Source: Styela clava (taxonomy: Eukaryota). From it: a stretch of DNA of 64,000 nt. Under the pieces are notes generated by a model. That model was not told where the DNA came from and ran no database searches. It was given only the letters and a program-made list of their open reading frames with translations. Below, in pieces: positions 26,118-38,436 of this stretch (position 1 is its first letter; every line of letters starts with the position of its first letter). Both the position numbers and the translations under genes were made by a program. Location of the stretch: contig NC_135251.1 of NCBI RefSeq assembly GCF_964204865.1, forward strand, positions 11,160,001-11,224,000. The letters run 5' to 3'.

Positions 26118-26549
26118 ATGTTATTTTATGAACTGTTTCACACAGATATAACACGAATGTGTATACCATTAAAATGTAAATATTTGACTGCTGAAATCGC
26201 AATTATTTTGAGCACTATAATGGTTCTGATAAGTAAAATAAGTGAGAAATTGGGTGTCGTTGTGTGATAGCATATTTATCCTTCCTCAGTTAAAGGATTT
26301 TTTACAAAAAACGATTCGTTTTTTGAATAAAAATTCTTTTGCCCTCTCCACCATTCGGTCGAAATACTAATAAGGGCAGGAAATACGTTGGTATGAGCAT
26401 CTTTTGTATAATATAACAAAATTAAAGGGTATCAAATCTGCAAAATCAGTTACGTATTGAGGGACAATATAAATAGAAATACACCAGGTACTTACCCACA
26501 ATGGAGACTGCTGGTGCGATACTCGAGAAGTTTGATAAACATTACGAAC

Positions 26550-26752
26550 GGTGACCGTACATTTGAACCCACGTACATTTGAACCCATGTGTATATCCAC
26601 GGGTTCAATCTATATGCGGGTGCTAAAACCCATGGGTTAGGGTTAGTATGGGTTCAACTATCCGTAAAACAAAAAAAAATTCATAGGTACAAAAGCATAC
26701 AGGTGCAATTGTCATGGGTTCAAATGTACGTGGGTTCAAATGTAATCGAACC
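26550..26752 (+). mobile_element. Mutator (MULE/Phantom)-like MITE, family copy 2
   Basis: GGTGACCGTACATTTGAACCC...GGGTTCAAATGTAATCGAACC flanked by ttacgaac direct repeat (8-9 bp). It is inserted into one duplication unit and absent from the sister units. Confidence 0.88.
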
Positions 26753-29700
26753 TTACGAACGAATGTAGACAATGCCCCAGAGTTTCGGGTATCAGTACGA
26801 CCGCCTGAACAATCTATATTAAGAATCGTTGTATATATCTATGCATTGTTACTACTAGCCAATCAGAAACTGAAGCGTGGATCTAACTCAAGGGTGTGCG
26901 TTTTTAGGAAACGCCTCTTTTCGGATAAATTCCGACATAGCAATGTTATAGAAGTTATTTACAATACAAACTACTTCACGGTGCAAGGCTCGGATGGGTA
27001 TTGATACAATGTAAGCAGTTTCCAGAAAAGGCCAAGCATAATGTATTAAATTGTGGAGGAAATACCATGAAAATGACACTACCTTAGTTGCTTATAAAAT
27101 GAACATTTCAAAAATACATGATAATGTTCATGAATATGTTTTAAAGTGAAACTTGCTGAAAGCAAGCACTAATCAAACGTGGGCGATAAACTCACTCGAA
27201 CTGTAGATTGAGAACAGTTCCTGAGATGCCAATGGAATAAAGGCCTGTCTCACATACATATAACACGAAGATATATCAATAAAATTGTAAATATTTGACT
27301 GTTGAAATGGCAATTATTTTAAGCACCAAAATGATTCTGATAGGTAAAACAAGTCAGAAATTGGATGTCGTTTTGTGATATTACATTTATCTGTTCTTAA
27401 TTAAAGAATATCTTATAAAAAAGATTCGTTTTCGAGTAAAAATTCTTTTGTCCTCACCACCATCCTGTCGAAACACTGATAAGAGCAGGATCTATCAAAT
27501 CTACAAAGTCATTTACGTAGTGAGGGACAATACTGATAGAAATAAACCCGGTACTTACCCACAATGGGAACTGGCGTTGCGAGACTGGTTAGTATCAATA
27601 AACTTTGTGCACGAATGTAGACAATGCCCCCAGGGTTGCGGGTATCAGTGCGGCCCGATATCGAGCCCTCATTCATCATTATTGCCCGGTTGTTTGTTAA
27701 GTATATATATATATATAAAATAGGTTTGTATAGAAACACAATGAATAAAACAAAAGATGCAACAATCTATATTAGGACCGCAGTATTTGTCTATGCATTG
27801 TTACAACCAGCCAATCAGAAACTAAAGCGTGGATCTAACTCAAAGGTGTCCAACTTGGGGAAACGTCTCTTTTCGAATAAATTACGACATAGCAATGCTA
27901 TGGAAGAAGTTACACACAATACAAACTACCTCACGGTGCGAGGCTCTGGTGGGTATTGATGCAATTTGAGCATTTTCCAGAAAAGGCCATGCATAATGTA
28001 TTAAATTGTGAATGAATACCATAAAAAGGACAAACTACCTTAGTAATCTTTTGCATGCCAAGTCTCGTCTAGAAAAATTTAGAAATATGCTTATATCCAA
28101 TACGCTTAAAAAACGATATTTTGCAAATTTATAATTTCACTCCCAAATGCGAAATCTTATCCCTGGGCTTTTAGAGTCTAGAATTGCTATTCTGAGTCTT
28201 GTGATTTTGATATTCTGTGATAAATCCAAAGATACGACTCTGGTTTCCTCCAATATTGCTTCGACCCTAACCTGAAAATGTTTCTGTTTTTTTTGTAACT
28301 CGTGGAAACAGGTTCTTGCGTTTCAACTTGCTAAGTGCTCAATTGAGACCTTGTCAGACTAGTACCGATGCACGGCTTTTGTGTTCATATTTTTGTGCAA
28401 AGCTTCCTTGTGGACCAATTTGATAATATGACCTAACCATTACATCATTGATGACATATTAATTGGAATTAACTTTTACTCTGAAGCCCAACTTTGCATA
28501 AAATCTACTATTCATTATTTTTTTTTCAAATATTCATCATCGTATTGTACAATATAAATATATTTAATCGATACAAATCACAAAACCCAATATAAACTTT
28601 TCAAAATTATGTAAAATGAACTATTTAAAAAAAAATATCATATTGTTCATGATTATATTTTGAGGTAAAATTTGCTGTGAGCAAACACTAATCAAAACGT
28701 GGGCGACAAACTCACTCGGACTGTATATTGGTAACAGTCCTCAAGATGTCTAAGGATCAAAGGCCATTTATCATGGAAGTCAAGTAAATAATATTAATAA
28801 TAGTAAGTTTGATTAATCACTTGCTTTTTACGATATTCGCTCATTTTGGGAATTGATGATTCAATTTATATACCTACGAAATTCAATGTTACATACTCAT
28901 ATACAGCCACTGGAATGTGCATACAAGTCAATGCCATATGCATATATATATAGACAACTCATATACTAATGGCACCGACTAAATATTTATATACAACCAA
29001 TGCCATGTTCATATGCTTTCAAAAATATACATATAGAGCCAACCCTAAAATTAGGGTAATATCGGTTTCAATTTTATATTTTGTAACGGCAAGCACATTT
29101 CAAAACTAACCGATAAAACCAACAAAGATTGCAATTGCAACATTGCAATATGCGTTATTACTTTGGTTTCTCAATTATGATTTAAATTGATTAGATTCAG
29201 AAAAAAATTGTGCAAGTTGATAATAAAACGGAGACAAAAGTTAAAAAAATAATGAAAAGGTTCTGTACACTCTTGACTAAATTAAATCATTTTATAAAGA
29301 ATTTAGGAAATAATTTATCATAAGTATAATTTACATTGAGGTGCATCAAAACAAAAGAATTCTTTTTTTTTTAAATTTACTCCGGTAATGTGTAAACGGT
29401 CAGTGTCTCAGGATGAAGTGTTGTGAATTTATTTTTGTTCAGTATCATATAACATGACATAGACGTTCACGGTCAAACAGCATTTTCTCCCGTGGTTTTC
29501 GTTTTAATCACAATCTTAGGAAAGTAGGCAGCTACAAATTTTTGCGTCTGATGTTGAAGGAATTTTATTGAGATACTCCCAAAAATTGCCTTGAACCAGT
29601 TGTGTGTTTTGCAATAGGAAGAATACAGTACTTTACATGCGCAAAATACAATATACACATACAGTATTTGAGTGTGAGCAAGCGCGATAGAGCATATTAT

Positions 29701-30427
29701 TACGTAACAAATGCAAGTTTTTCCGCTGGCAAGGATTAAAAATGAAGTGCCGAATATCGCGTGTCTAGACTGACAAACATTGACAATTCTACAACAACTT
29801 CCGCAGTATGCGAAAGTTATTGTCTCACTCCAAGAGTAGTGTGATAAATTTTATGCGCAATGGCATCAAAAATGCCCAATTTGTTCTAATTAAAAGCAAG
29901 CGAAGAATCGCGTTTGGATGAAATTGTAAATTAGATACTAAAGTTTGAGCAGCCATGTAACATTCATGGTTTGAGAATATTTATTTTTCACTGTTTGGAT
30001 AATACATGAATACTTGAAAAAGTTTCTTGAAGAATTTCAACACTTACGACTAAAAACTAGGCACGCTCTTTATCTGAATTGTATGATTTAAATAAATCTT
30101 AAATAAATAATGAAAGATTTACTCGGGTACAATTAAATAATCAAATTAACAACTCAAATAGAACATAAAAAATACAAATTTTTAGTCGATTTTATTAATA
30201 ATGTGCCCAAAAAGCCTTCTTATTTGCAGCAGTGGAATTTTTTGTATGGGTGTATGCAGTTATCTGAATATTTAGTGCCCGTTCGTTTTTGTGTAGGAGC
30301 TCATTACCGATCAGTCGATCGCGATATATTTTGAAGATTTTAGTCGATCGCGGTCGAAAGCAGGTTGGCCACCCCTGCCATATATCGTTATACATATATT
30401 GTGCCATATATATACTATTTTAATCTC

Positions 30428-30764
30428 GGCTTACCATATATATGAAAAAAAACAGGAAAGCGACGATTGAACAAATCGGGAACCGATTCCTAGGCTTAGT
30501 AATATTTAAATCATTGGATAACGTGCATTTTTTGCATGGTAGTTCTCTCTCTTTCCCTCACCGAACTATTGAAGTGAATCGCGAATCAGTGATAACTGGA
30601 CTGCCCCCATTAACTAAAAATAATAGTGCACTGATATTAAATAAACAAAATTTTCATGACTGCCATATTATATGACCGGGATATTTATGTATAACGCGCG
30701 GGACACCGGGACAGCTTGTGAAAACTAGGACTGTCCCGGCTAAACCGGGACGTATGGTAAGCTT
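30428..30764. mobile_element. hAT-like MITE (degenerate)
   Basis: Inverted ends GCTTACCATA / TATGGTAAGC with subterminal CCGGGAC repeats. Confidence 0.5.
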
Positions 30765-30972
30765 ATATATATCGGAACTTTTGTAGTGTTTCACTTATTG
30801 TTCGATTGAGTTAAGGCCGATCTCGGTACACATTTTACCATCACTAAAATGTTGGTATGTTTCTCGCTTTAAATCTTGACCAGACGGGTCATCGAAAAAA
30901 AAACATGACGGGTCACTATGTATCCGCCAGTCAATGGTTCACCATCCTTTCTATATACTTTATTGGCTGATT

Positions 30973-33308
30973 TCATTCAAAAGAGTCAAACGCTGGATTG
31001 TCAATGTCATGTGTTGCTCCATTTTGATCTGACGGCTCTGTGGATCGAAGCCTTGTAGTTTCTGGCGATCTCGATTTATCAACACATTTCGCAATAGCAA
31101 GTCTTAGGTTATAAAAACCGAAGAAAATGCTTTGAACAACTATTGGTCCTAATATGCTAAGCCCGACACATATTCCGGCAGCTAACCCGGGGTTTGTAGC
31201 CCAATTCAGAAATGGATACACAGCGGATATTCCACCAGTTAAATGCTCTATCAGCGTCATAAGACAGTACAGAAACGCTACAATCATGGCGTAAACAGCA
31301 TGGGGGTGACGAATGGGGAAAGCTGCCACAAACACATCGATTAAAACCAGAAGTAGGTTTATCGCATGTCGGTGTATATTGTAAGGAGTTGGAATGTCTT
31401 CGGGTGCGGCAATTGGGGCTAGAAATACCCAGTAGGTAAGGAAAATTAAGACTTGAGCGGTTGCAGAGATTGAAAAGAACATCCAAGTTGTGCTTCGTAG
31501 AATCTTTGTTGGAACTAGAAAAAAAAGAGCTGATAGTCAGTGAGTAGTTTATTTTTCACCAAAATGAAAGTACACTTGATGCGAACAAAAGCTAGGTAAA
31601 AAGCATGGCAAATGGCACTTCACGATGGAGGGTTAAGCAAAAAGAATGTTGGTTATGGAGCAGCGACACTTGTAATAATTATAATTATCAAACTTTGATA
31701 GGTTGAATGGAAAGAATTCGAACAAGATATATAAACAAAAATACTTATGTCCAAAATACAAATTTATTACAAAAAAAGACTCCTGAAACAGGGCAGACAT
31801 TGTTTAGATGGCTTTTAGGGCGCGCATTCTGGTAATAAGCCAGGTACGCGTAATGTAATACGTTAAAAGTCACTTCAAGACATGAGAAGGGTGCAATAAT
31901 GATTTTAACTTGACGCGATGCTTAATAGTAGAGCATTAGTCCCAACCATATTAGGGTCACAGGTCGAAAATGTTGGATCAAAACCCCATACTGAATTCAT
32001 CACCAAGTGTACAATAAATAGGCATGAAAGATTACGGGCCTCTCGAAAATAGCCTTGTTTGCAGTGAAGGCGTGGAAACGTCTCATTTAAAAATGATAAT
32101 AAATGCATATTAAGCTATGAAAATAAAAAACCTAGCTTGATTGTTGCTCGTAGTTTAATCTGAGCATTTGTAATCCGAGCAATCGCAAAACCTCAGTCAA
32201 TTCAGCGTAAATAATTGTTAAGAGACAAATAAAAAAGTTTTTCTAGAATACCATCTCCTTGCGTACCAGTGATCACTTTTGTATCGCCTTATTTGAAGCC
32301 AAGATCGGAAAGGCCTCATAGGATTATCAGTGATCTACTACAGAATCCACGCGGAAGTGTTATACTCCATTTTTCTACCACGTCATCATTAACCAATTAG
32401 AAAAAATTAAACAAATAAAAACAAATGCAACCTACTATTATCAGTAAATATCATTTTTTTCCTGTTTACGACCCCAACTAATGATAGTACTGCCGCTAAA
32501 ATGAAGTAAATAGTCTTCAGGACATCTCCCCAGTTGGTTAGAAACGTGTAGCTGATGGCAAACCGATCAGGCTCATATATTCCGAGAGTAATTAAATATG
32601 CTAAAGTCCATCCAAGTGAATATAATCCCATAAATAAACGATAGATGAAAAAGATGACTCGGTTTTCTCCCCACTGTAATGAACGAGGTTTGTTATTAGC
32701 AATAATAAAGTATTTTTTAATGGCAAAAGCTATTCAAGAACATCTATTAATTTAATTAAACTGAATATCGTTTTCCACATTACGAAACGAAATCTGCATT
32801 TATGAATTTACTAGAAGTATTAACTTTAGCAAACAACAGTTCTCCCCATATAGTGCATGTTGAGACTTAATTATTATAACAACAATCTAAGATTACCTGC
32901 GATACATAAAAAGGCACAAACATACAATTACTAAACGCTTCAATAGAGAATTTTTTTAAACTATAAAAATCACAATTAATTCACGGTAAACAATAATATA
33001 TGTAATGGCGTAAATATTAAATCGCTAAAGTCAAATATACCAGAAATTTACTGTTTTTTACATTATGATAAATTATCTCGAGTTATTAAATATATACTTG
33101 AGTATATGCTTTGGCAAATACAGAATGATTCCCGTCTAACTCTCACAGAATTCAAAAAATAGAAGATTTACGATTCCCCCCATCATGTTAAAATTTATTA
33201 ATTATCATGGCTTACCTGCGATACATAAAAAGAATTTTTCTCTGCTTCGGAACAAGCAAAACCAAAGCTCCGACAGGTGAATTGCCGTCGACAAATATTT
33301 TCCGACAT
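30973..33308 (-). CDS. Protein rolling stone-like (FAR-17a/AIG1-related multipass membrane protein), 290 aa
   Basis: Exons 33308-33216, 32673-32436 and 31514-30973 splice in frame (873 nt): MSENICRRQF...FYVSQ|WGENRVIFFIYRLFMGLY...YTFLTNWG...|...TWMFFSISATAQVLIFLTYW...NIHRHAINLLLVLIDVFVAAFPIRHPHAVY...AVYPFLNW. SQW, FLTNW, HAxN and YPFLxW are rolling-stone family hallmarks. Confidence 0.9.
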
Positions 33309-34800
33309 CTTTCTAAATCTATAATTTCTGAAAATTATTTCAAACTTGATAAGGTAATTTATTGACAACTCATACGCAAATATAGTAACAACCAGAATTT
33401 GCAAAAATTGACACTAAAATGGGTGAGCTTGCAAATTAGGCGATTCACAAAGATTACATCAGCGTACTGCTCAATTTGTTTAGCGTATTGCTGTTAGTGT
33501 TCATATAAAATTAACAAAATGATACCGTACAATATTGGCTAAAATTGTGTCAGTCATTATGTTTACCTCTGTCTAATGATATCTCTGATACAGGTAAACC
33601 CTCTCCCTGTACAGCTTCAATTGAGCGAGTATTTATCAAAATTGAGTCTGGCAACCTTGCTTATTGTTACAAAAATAGTTTCGCATAAACAAGCAATTAG
33701 TGTCTGACAATTGTCGCAACATCTCGTGAACATTATGAAATTTGAACTCCGGAATACGAGGAAACTTCAACTTGGACTTTGCCTCAGGGCACATTCGAGC
33801 TTTAGCAAAGTAACCATTTTAGAATATATAGTCGTCTGTCATTCTAATTTTAATGCTCAATACTTCAAAAAGGCATGCTGGAGAGGCATATTCAATTACT
33901 CCTACTCCTGATATTAGTTTTTGTATTATTTCTGTATAACATTATATATATTTGACTTTACGCCTTACTCAGATTCTTAAATATTCAAATATCGCGAAAC
34001 GAAAATTGTATCTTGCTGAAATCTGCAAGTTTAGATACTTTGCGTGTCTAAAATAGCTACAGCTCAAACATAAATACTTCTTTAATTGACAAAGACTAAT
34101 CGTACCAACACCGCAATCCCCTATACATAGTTCAAAACTTTGTTGGTACACCGGTGTAATATGCGATCCACACAGCGGTATTCATATACACGATAGCCTT
34201 ATTAAATCATAAATTTCCTTTTATTTTTATGCCTTTACTGCCTGGTCAAGTAAGTTCAGTAGAAAAAAATATATTTCATGACCTTCCAGGTGGTAATAAT
34301 TTGCGTTTACATTGTCGCTGGATCCAAATCACAATACACATTAGAAACGTACATTTAAATCACATACTACACTGCACCATTACGTACTACAGCAAAATAA
34401 GAAGCCTCAAATAAATACAAGAAATTATATCGCGTCTTCCAAACTAAACTTACTATGAAAAATATTCGTAAAATTAATACAAAACATATTTAACAAAGTA
34501 TCCCATGAAATTGCTTCTTGCCAGCCTTGAACGGGTCATAATTTCTAATATGAATCACGTGTTAATATCATGTTATCTTTGGCCAAGAATAAACAAATTA
34601 ACAATAAACAATGACCGCATAATCACCTGTCTGAAACGTATTTTTTAATTGCATCGGTATAGCGTTTTTATATAAATGAGCATATTTCCGTTGTTATACT
34701 CGGTGCATTATGATTCATTCCATGATCCGGTGATAGTTTGGTCGACACTGCAAAAATATCTTGAAACGTAGCAAGGAATTATGCAGTATTCAATATATAT

Positions 34801-35065
34801 TAGTGGTTTTCAAACTTTTTAAGCCCCACCCCAAAATTAACTATAGCTAACAATAAGCTACAAATAACAGATGGTAAGGCAAAATATATTTTATTCCAAA
34901 ATCACGTTGAAAATACGTGTACATAGTAGTTAAATGTAAACATCAAAGAAATGTAAATTACAAAATAAGGAGGGAAAGATCATATTTAACAACTATTTTT
35001 ATTTTTGAATAGCTTAACGTCTCCTCAAAAAATTGTCTATACGCCCCATCGTTTGGGAACCACTG
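34801..35065. mobile_element. hAT (Charlie-like) MITE
   Basis: TIR TAGTGGTTTTCAAAC / GTTTGGGAACCACTG. Flanks atatatat/atatagag. Confidence 0.6.
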
Positions 35066-37494
35066 ATATAGAGTATGTATTATATCATTATATCTGCTAC
35101 GTTTCAGCACTATATTATATCCAAATAGTTCATGGACACTGCAGAGATAATCACTAAGACTGTGATTTAGTAGCTTTACTCAACGCTGACACAAATGTAC
35201 TTTTGTAACGTTACGTTTGACTAAATATTACCCTTTCTATAACGAACATAACTGTAACAAATGGTGTGGCACTCTCCCTATAAACAATCTACTTCCTCTC
35301 CTCAAATAGTTAGCCACGTTGTCGTCCGGATTTATGAAATATCGGGTTTCTTACACTATATATATTGGTGCAATCGTGGACACCCATGGGATTCAATTGC
35401 CAGTTCATTTTTGGTGTCAGTGGCTTATATTTATTATTTTTGCTACATGAATGAAATGTGGTAATTCATTCGAATAATAGCATTCTTCGGCCTCATCTGG
35501 ACAAATTAATAAATAAGTAAATCTTACTTAAATAAACCGAAGTATGTTAATGCTTCCTAATGTGTCAATAGTAATTACTTTTCCCCCTTTAACTTCCCGT
35601 GTTCAAAGCCCCATATTCTTGTGTGTCATTATTATTGAACTCGGTTCATATTACGGTCTCGTAAGAAACATACATAGCAGAACACGTGGAATGTCATATC
35701 TTTGGCAAATTAAAAATCAAATCAACTGAACGTTAACGTGGAGTGACTGCACCGACGTGAAAAATTCCCCAATCGGTCGAAAATTTACATTTCAAACTTT
35801 TAGGGCATTGGGATTTGCATCAGTGGAAATTTTACGAGATGGTATACGTAGATAGTTCTCGAATTGCAGTAATTACCCCCGGCACACCATGCGTCTTTGA
35901 TAAAGCTCTTCGAAAATAAAATGATTATCAGGAAATCAATTAAACTAAATGACACTCTTGCTTTGGAGTCTTGACTTGTGGTGTAACAACTTTTACTTCT
36001 GCTATCCGATTTGTAACGTCTTCCTTGGGGTTGAGTAATTCGTCAGATGGTCCTGGAGGTCGTAGCGGAACCAAAGATGGACAACCCCGTTTCCGGCGTT
36101 CTGAAAACTTGTTGCTGGACCACTTGTTAAGGTGGCCTGAACTTGTCGGGCTACAACAGATATTCAATATAAAACTTGCTTCAAGCCTATTCAAACGAAT
36201 GGTTATTTCAAATTAGAGTAATTTATTTTTGTAGTTGCAGGGAGCTTCACAAGGCAGAGTAAAATAAAGAGTACAATCCAAAAAACAACCTTCACAGCTA
36301 TTATTTTTGTACAAGTACCTATTTACAATATTTTCGCTCTCCTTATTCCTCTGATCTCAAACTTTTTATTTGTATTATTCTTAACAACCATCAAAACCGT
36401 CAAAATAAACATAAAGTGCAGCTCTCACACGCTGAACGTTCTTGTTTCAAATATTCGGCGTCTTGACAGCTGTTCCATATAAAATTCTGAACCGCTCATA
36501 GCTCTGAATATAACACGGAAATTTGAATGTTTGAATGACAGCAAACTTCCCGGAATTATTTTGTCACGAGCGATTTAACGTATCAATTCGCGATGTACAC
36601 ATATCGAATTCAGAGACGACTGACTTGTGACCGCAGCGCTTAAACCATTTTGTAAATAGTCAAATTAAAACAAATTGTGTTGCGCGTTGAGGCATTGTAA
36701 TTTCTAACGACATTTAACGTTGTTTAATCATCGGACTGCTTTATAACTATAAAATGAAAATAAACTGACATAACATCGAATCTGCAATACGTAGAGGCTT
36801 GTTATTTGGCATTAAAATATCGAGTCATACTAGTTCACACAAACTGGTATTTTCACTGTGTCATTTATACGTCACTATTTTTTTGCTTTGACACTGTGAT
36901 ACGCTTAACATTTTATCTAGTTTTAGTGACGAATCGTGCCGACTAAAATTAATCAATGCTATGATTGGTAATTAAACAACCAAGCATATCATAGCTATGT
37001 TTTACTCTAATATAATTGTTTCTGTAAAATTGAAATTTGAAAATCCCATGACATATTATGGTAATTTAAACTAGATGTAATATTGTTATTCAAATGTTGT
37101 TTTGATGACATATAGTTTGGAGATAGCAAATTTATAAACACGTAACTCATAAACAAAAACGGAATACCTGCAAAAAATTAATTGTATAAATGCGCGTCAC
37201 AAAATTTTAACATCTCGACCAAGTAACCTGATGAAAAGATATCTCAACAACTGCGTTTCTATCCCTACGGTAAAGGCTGTATTTTGTGTTATTGTGACTA
37301 AAAATGGAGCAATGAAAAATGTTGTTAAATTACGTTTGCTCGCCTCTCTACACATTCCAATAGAAGCTGGATTTTGCAGCTCCGTAGACGCTGAAGTGAA
37401 AGTTAGTTAGAATTATTGTCGCTACTTCAAAATCTGCCCTTTTGCTGCACGAAACATATCAAATAACATCTAATCTCACATTAACAAATGCTTT

Positions 37495-37800
37495 CATAAA
37501 CAAATATTCAGTCCGTCTATTATACGCTGATTAGCTTTATAAATATATTCCCTTGCTTCAATCGCCAGGCAAAGCTTGCGACGTTGATTTCAGTAACTAC
37601 GGTACTACGATAGTTTGACTTCTGCGAAATGGTTTATCTCACATCAACCACTGCTTTTTTTAAACAAATATTCAATCCGTCTATAATACGCTGATTAGCT
37701 TTATAAGTATATTCCCTTGTTTCAATCGCCAGACAAGGCTTGCGACGTTGATTTCGGTACTTACGGTACTACGTTAGTTTGAATTCTGCGAGATGCTTTT
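37495..37800 (+). repeat. ~165-bp tandem duplication
   Basis: taaacaaatattca.tccgtcta..atacgctgattagctttataa.tatattcccttg...gcttgcgacgttgatttc...tctgcga occurs twice. Confidence 0.85.
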
Positions 37801-38279
37801 ATGGTTGAACTCGTCCAGAATTCGAAAATTATCGTTATTTGAGAACGAATATCAACGATCAAATATTGGCTAAATCCTTATAGCATATGCCGCTAACTTA
37901 TCTAAATCTAAACATTTCATACTTAGATTTTCCAACATGGCTTACTTGCAAGCAGAAGGATTAGATCTTACTGGACATTAGCAGGTGTAATGATCTCAAT
38001 TGTGAAAAGCCTTCAAAGTTGTAATTATCTAAAAATAGACTTGGTGGAAATACCGGATTTGTGCTACACTTATATTCAGAAAATTACCTCGGTAATTTCA
38101 AATTAAGTTTATTTTGTCATACATAATATATACAACGAAACGAAGAACTGCTTTCGAATTACATACACCATTATAATTAACCTGATTTAACGTCGCATAT
38201 AAATAGCATATAGTTAATCCAATGACCCAAACACCAAGATATATTTTTGCATCAAGAATGGCAGCACAAAGTCAAAGGT

Positions 38280-38436
38280 TACGGGATTTTCACCACCAAG
38301 ACTGTGTATCTTAAACAAATAACTGCCTGACTAATCCAATAACCAACATGGACTGGCGACCGGGCGAGAGTTCTTGGTTCGCCATATGATTATGCCGTCT
38401 TGCCGTTTTTTTATACCTCGGGATATTTTCCTATCC
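38280..38436 (+). mobile_element. SINE 3' fragment
   Basis: aaacaaataactgcctgactaatc...ttggttcgccatatgattatgccgtctt...cgggata matches the SINE body at 41090-41170 and 57370-57480 (reverse). Confidence 0.55.

Larger units (their letters stand above)
21940..28770 (+). repeat. Local array of four diverged ~0.5-0.7-kb duplicated units plus secondary duplications
   Basis: Core ...atttacccacaatg.agact...gtagacaat.cccc...agccaatcagaaactgaagcgtggatctaact...ggaaacgc recurs at ~21940-23250 (split by MITE), ~23580-24155, ~26355-27090 (split by MITE) and ~27460-28110. Also 26143-26360 resembles 27258-27475, and 27100-27250 resembles 28615-28770. Confidence 0.85.

Noticed and set aside
26960-27004. NYFTVQGSDGY as the missing PTP motif 4 (YIATQGP)
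   Set aside because: Similarity is weak, it lies in the non-coding duplication unit, it has no suitable splice sites, and sister copies do not preserve it.
32250-32400. Extra exon of the rolling-stone-like gene
   Set aside because: All phase-compatible acceptors lead to immediate stops, and the flanking exons already join in frame.
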